DNA of 64,000 bases from Podarcis erhardii. Taxonomy: Eukaryota. Each line of letters opens with the position of its first letter. Position 1 is the first letter of the stretch. This document shows positions 61,145 through 64,000 of this stretch, in pieces. The DNA lies in assembly GCA_964252035.1 (NCBI GenBank), contig OZ176206.1, one strand, 5' to 3'. A program made the position numbers and the translations under genes. The notes below the pieces were generated by a model. That model worked only from the letters and a program-made list of their open reading frames with translations. It was not told the DNA's origin and searched no databases.

Positions 61145-61246
61145 TTCAATCCATTTCAGTAACTTCTCACAAGCATGACTATCTGCTTTAAAGGGCGCCA
61201 CATTCAGCAAGTCAGCCACAAACTCCTTAGCTGTGATCTCTAGGCT
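61145..61246 (-). CDS. KCTD19: KCTD19 exon (SLEITAKEFVADLLNVAPFKADSHACEKLLKWIE)
   Basis: TTCTTGCAG|AGC ... GAA|GTAAGT; phase 0 to 0. Confidence 0.9.
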
Positions 61247-61607
61247 CTGCAAGAAATGAGGGCACACAACAACCATTTTCCACAGCCAACTGCGTAGAAG
61301 AGCAGTTAGCAGGATTGTGAGGAAGGGGGGGAGGTGAAGGACCAGGACCAGGCAGGCAGGAATGGCTGCAGGATTCTCTTCCGCAGAAGCCTTAGAAGAA
61401 GGGAGACATGAGGGCAGGGCAAAGCTTATTGCCTTTTGGTGGTCTCCAAATATTCCCAGAGCTCACAGGCACGCTGTTAGACTAGGAAGGAGGTCTCAGC
61501 AGGTGACATGCCCTAGGCGAGCAGAGCTTGTGCCAAGAGACCACATGGTTTCGGGATTGGCACCCAAGACCTCTATAAGCCCAAGAGCAGCCATGTTGTC
61601 TTCTTAC

Positions 61608-61762
61608 CCACAGCCTTTGCACAAGCAGCTCGACTTTGGCAGTCATTTTCTTGGGGTCCTTCTGCCTTATGGAATCCAAGATGACATCGGTGAGAAAGCA
61701 GTGGCACTTTCGGGCATAAAAAATCTCCTCTTGTGACAATGGAAAGCTCAGAAAGACAATAT
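61608..61762 (-). CDS. KCTD19: KCTD19 exon ([38 protein letters not shown]...RLW)
   Basis: CTTATAG|AT ... TGG|GTAAGA; strong match to recalled human [27 protein letters not shown]. Confidence 0.93.
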
Positions 61763-63026
61763 CTATAAGTGGAAAGAATTAGGGAGTGCCATCAACACCC
61801 ATTTCTTTGCCAGACCTTCAGTGTCTCCCTCATCGCCCTCTCTTGAGTACAAAAACAGCACCGCCTACACTGATCTTGGTTTTGCTTTGGGGCATTTTGT
61901 TTCTGACTTGGTGGCACCACCTCCCATGGTTCCTACCTGGCCCTGTAACTTAGTGTGGCCAAGGAGTCATATCCTTGGTTCACCACAGGTCCAGCTAGTT
62001 ACAGCACAATCCACAAGTATTCTAGTGCCAGTGCAAAACTACCCAAGGCAAGTTGGAAACGTGAGGAGGAGGGGATCCTGTCAATTTTTATTTCTCTCAG
62101 TTTCTCAGTTTTAAATTCGGTTCTCTATATTTCCTTATCCGTTTGGAAAAAAAATATAAAAAATAAAAAATCAGCAGCATTGTAGTGTGAATTTCTCCCA
62201 ATACATACATTTCCCCCTAATACTTTTGCAAAGCAATTTTCCCTACTATAAAGCAAGTTTCTATGTTATTTTCATTTTTAACAAAAATATGCATTTAGGG
62301 AGCCATTTCTCATATTTTAGTCAAATCTTTGCATGGTGCTGCTGCTGTTGTGTCCCTCCTTAAATCAAACTGCAGCCCAGTCGTGGCTCCTGACCCACTG
62401 GTTGAAGACCATTAATCTAGCATAATCTGCCTGAAGACAAAGCTGTTTTACTCAGCAACCCACACTGCTGACTGATGCCAACAATCCAACCATGTGGGCC
62501 TCTAGAAGAGAGCAACTGCAGCAGCATATGGGGCCTAGCAGAGCAGGTCACTCTCAAGGACTTAAGCAAGATGCAAGTCCCATGACATTCACTAACCAAA
62601 CTGCCCAAGAAGAAAATCCCAGATACACTGAATAGTCTTACCAAATTGTATTATTGGACACTATACAGCTCAGAGCTAGTCTCTACTTGTGGCATTATTT
62701 GATGTTCAAGAAGCACCATTACCCCACTGAAATACAATAGAAAAGGCCTTCACAATATAACCATTTTTTTTTTCTTGAACTCAACAGGGCAAGATCTTTG
62801 TTACGGGAATGGTTCCAAGAGTGGGAGCTTCTTGTCAAAATATACAGTAATTTCTCATTTTGCAAGGAGAAATAGTGAAGATTCTGGGTACAGAATCGGG
62901 GGGTGTTCTATTTTTTGAGGGAGGAAGTCCCTCCCCCCCCGCCCCCGCCCCCGCCCTTCAGAGCAAAAGCAGATGAGATATATTCAGCCCTGCCCTTTCC
63001 TTATATCTCCTTCCCATCCCCAGTAC

Positions 63027-63221
63027 CTTTGGCCATGGGGTGTGCTAGGCCACTGGCTACTTTCATGTCCTCCAGGTGTGTGCTGTAGAGAATGCTGCTT
63101 TCATGAGATGAGCAGGAACCATCACAAGCCACAATCGGAGGATGCTCCACTTTAAGAATCAAGCCAGTGTCCCCATGGGGCTCATCCATGATAGCACTGC
63201 TGCTTTGTTCAGGGAATGTCC
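63027..63221 (-). CDS. KCTD19: KCTD19 exon (...GLILKVEHPPIVACDG...HPMAK); gene continues beyond the window
   Basis: TGCCCAG|GG ... AAAG|GTACTG; phase 1 to 1; resembles human LILKVKHPPVVGSDG. Confidence 0.85.
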
Positions 63222-63389
63222 CTGGGCAGAAATGGGTAGAAATTGTTAACATGACCTATGTATTGATTGGCATATATAAAAAGTTATCAGATGTTTCACC
63301 CTGACTTGCATCTACCAATGGAATTTAGGAAGTCGTATTAGACATGGAATGCAATGAGGCACCATTCTGTGGCCAGTTCTACACCCCAT

Positions 63390-64000
63390 GTATTCCACAG
63401 CATGTGCACACCTCTTTCACATTCTCTCTTATTCACTTTTTCCCAAATTAAAAAGTGCCAGGTGTTGCAACCCTTCTCATAGGAAAGTTGCTCCATCCCT
63501 TTTACCTTTTTGATACCTTTCCCAGTGCTTCAATATACTTTTTGAGGTGTGACCAGAACTATACACACTAAACCCATGGTGGTTTCACCATGAAATTGTA
63601 CAATGGCATTATGATATTTGGTAGTTTTATTCTCAATCCCTTTCCTTATCATCTCTAATGTGGAATTTGCCTTTTTCCACAGCTGCTATACACTGAATCA
63701 ACACCTTCATCAAGCTGTCCACTACAACCTCAAGGTCTCATTCTTCATCAGTGACCCCCAGTTTTGGTTCTATTTGAGTATAAGTGAAATTAAGGTGGGG
63801 ATGTTGATCCCACATGCATCAATTTACACTTGTTTTTAATTTCATTTGCCATTTTACTACCCATTCACTCAGTTTTGGGGTTAGGCTAAGCTTATTTATG
63901 AATTGATTTCCTTTTACAGCTCCTCTCAATCCTCTTCTATTCTAACATTTTGAACAATTTGGTATCATCAGCAAACTTGGCAACCTCACTGTTCATCCCT
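63390..64000 (-). mobile_element. CR1 fragment in a KCTD19 intron
   Basis: Similar to the 10050-10320 CR1 segment (TTTTGAGGTG.GACCAGAAC...CATTATGATAT). Confidence 0.75.

Noticed and set aside
1-64000. CRISPR arrays, rRNA/tRNA genes, endogenous viral ORFs
   Set aside because: None seen; tRNA-like boxes belong to SINE heads and the only RT is the L2 ORF.

Overview
Vertebrate (squamate, most likely lacertid lizard, judged from the Sauria SINE, L2 and MITE families) genomic DNA; not prokaryotic, no rRNA, tRNA or CRISPR seen. The window holds one complete gene on +, PLEKHG4 (puratrophin-1; Sec14-like/spectrin-like/DH-PH RhoGEF). I reconstructed it by hand as 23 coding exons from 6627 to 54398 with consistent GT-AG phases, 5763 nt, about 1920 aa. 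Downstream and convergent are the last four coding exons of KCTD19 on - (63221 to 59390), matching the human PLEKHG4/KCTD19 arrangement as I recall it. The rest is intron/intergenic DNA with CR1 and L2 LINEs, SINEs, TA-flanked mariner/Tc1-type MITEs, hAT MITEs, microsatellites and a 133-N gap. Most notable: a ~390-aa ancestral N-terminal extension absent from the canonical human protein, an ATG-only first exon, a Val+stop-only last exon that may switch a PDZ ligand on or off, convergent CTCF motifs, and back-to-back polyA signals between the two genes. I found no wholly new biological system. Orthologue comparisons are from memory, not from database searches.
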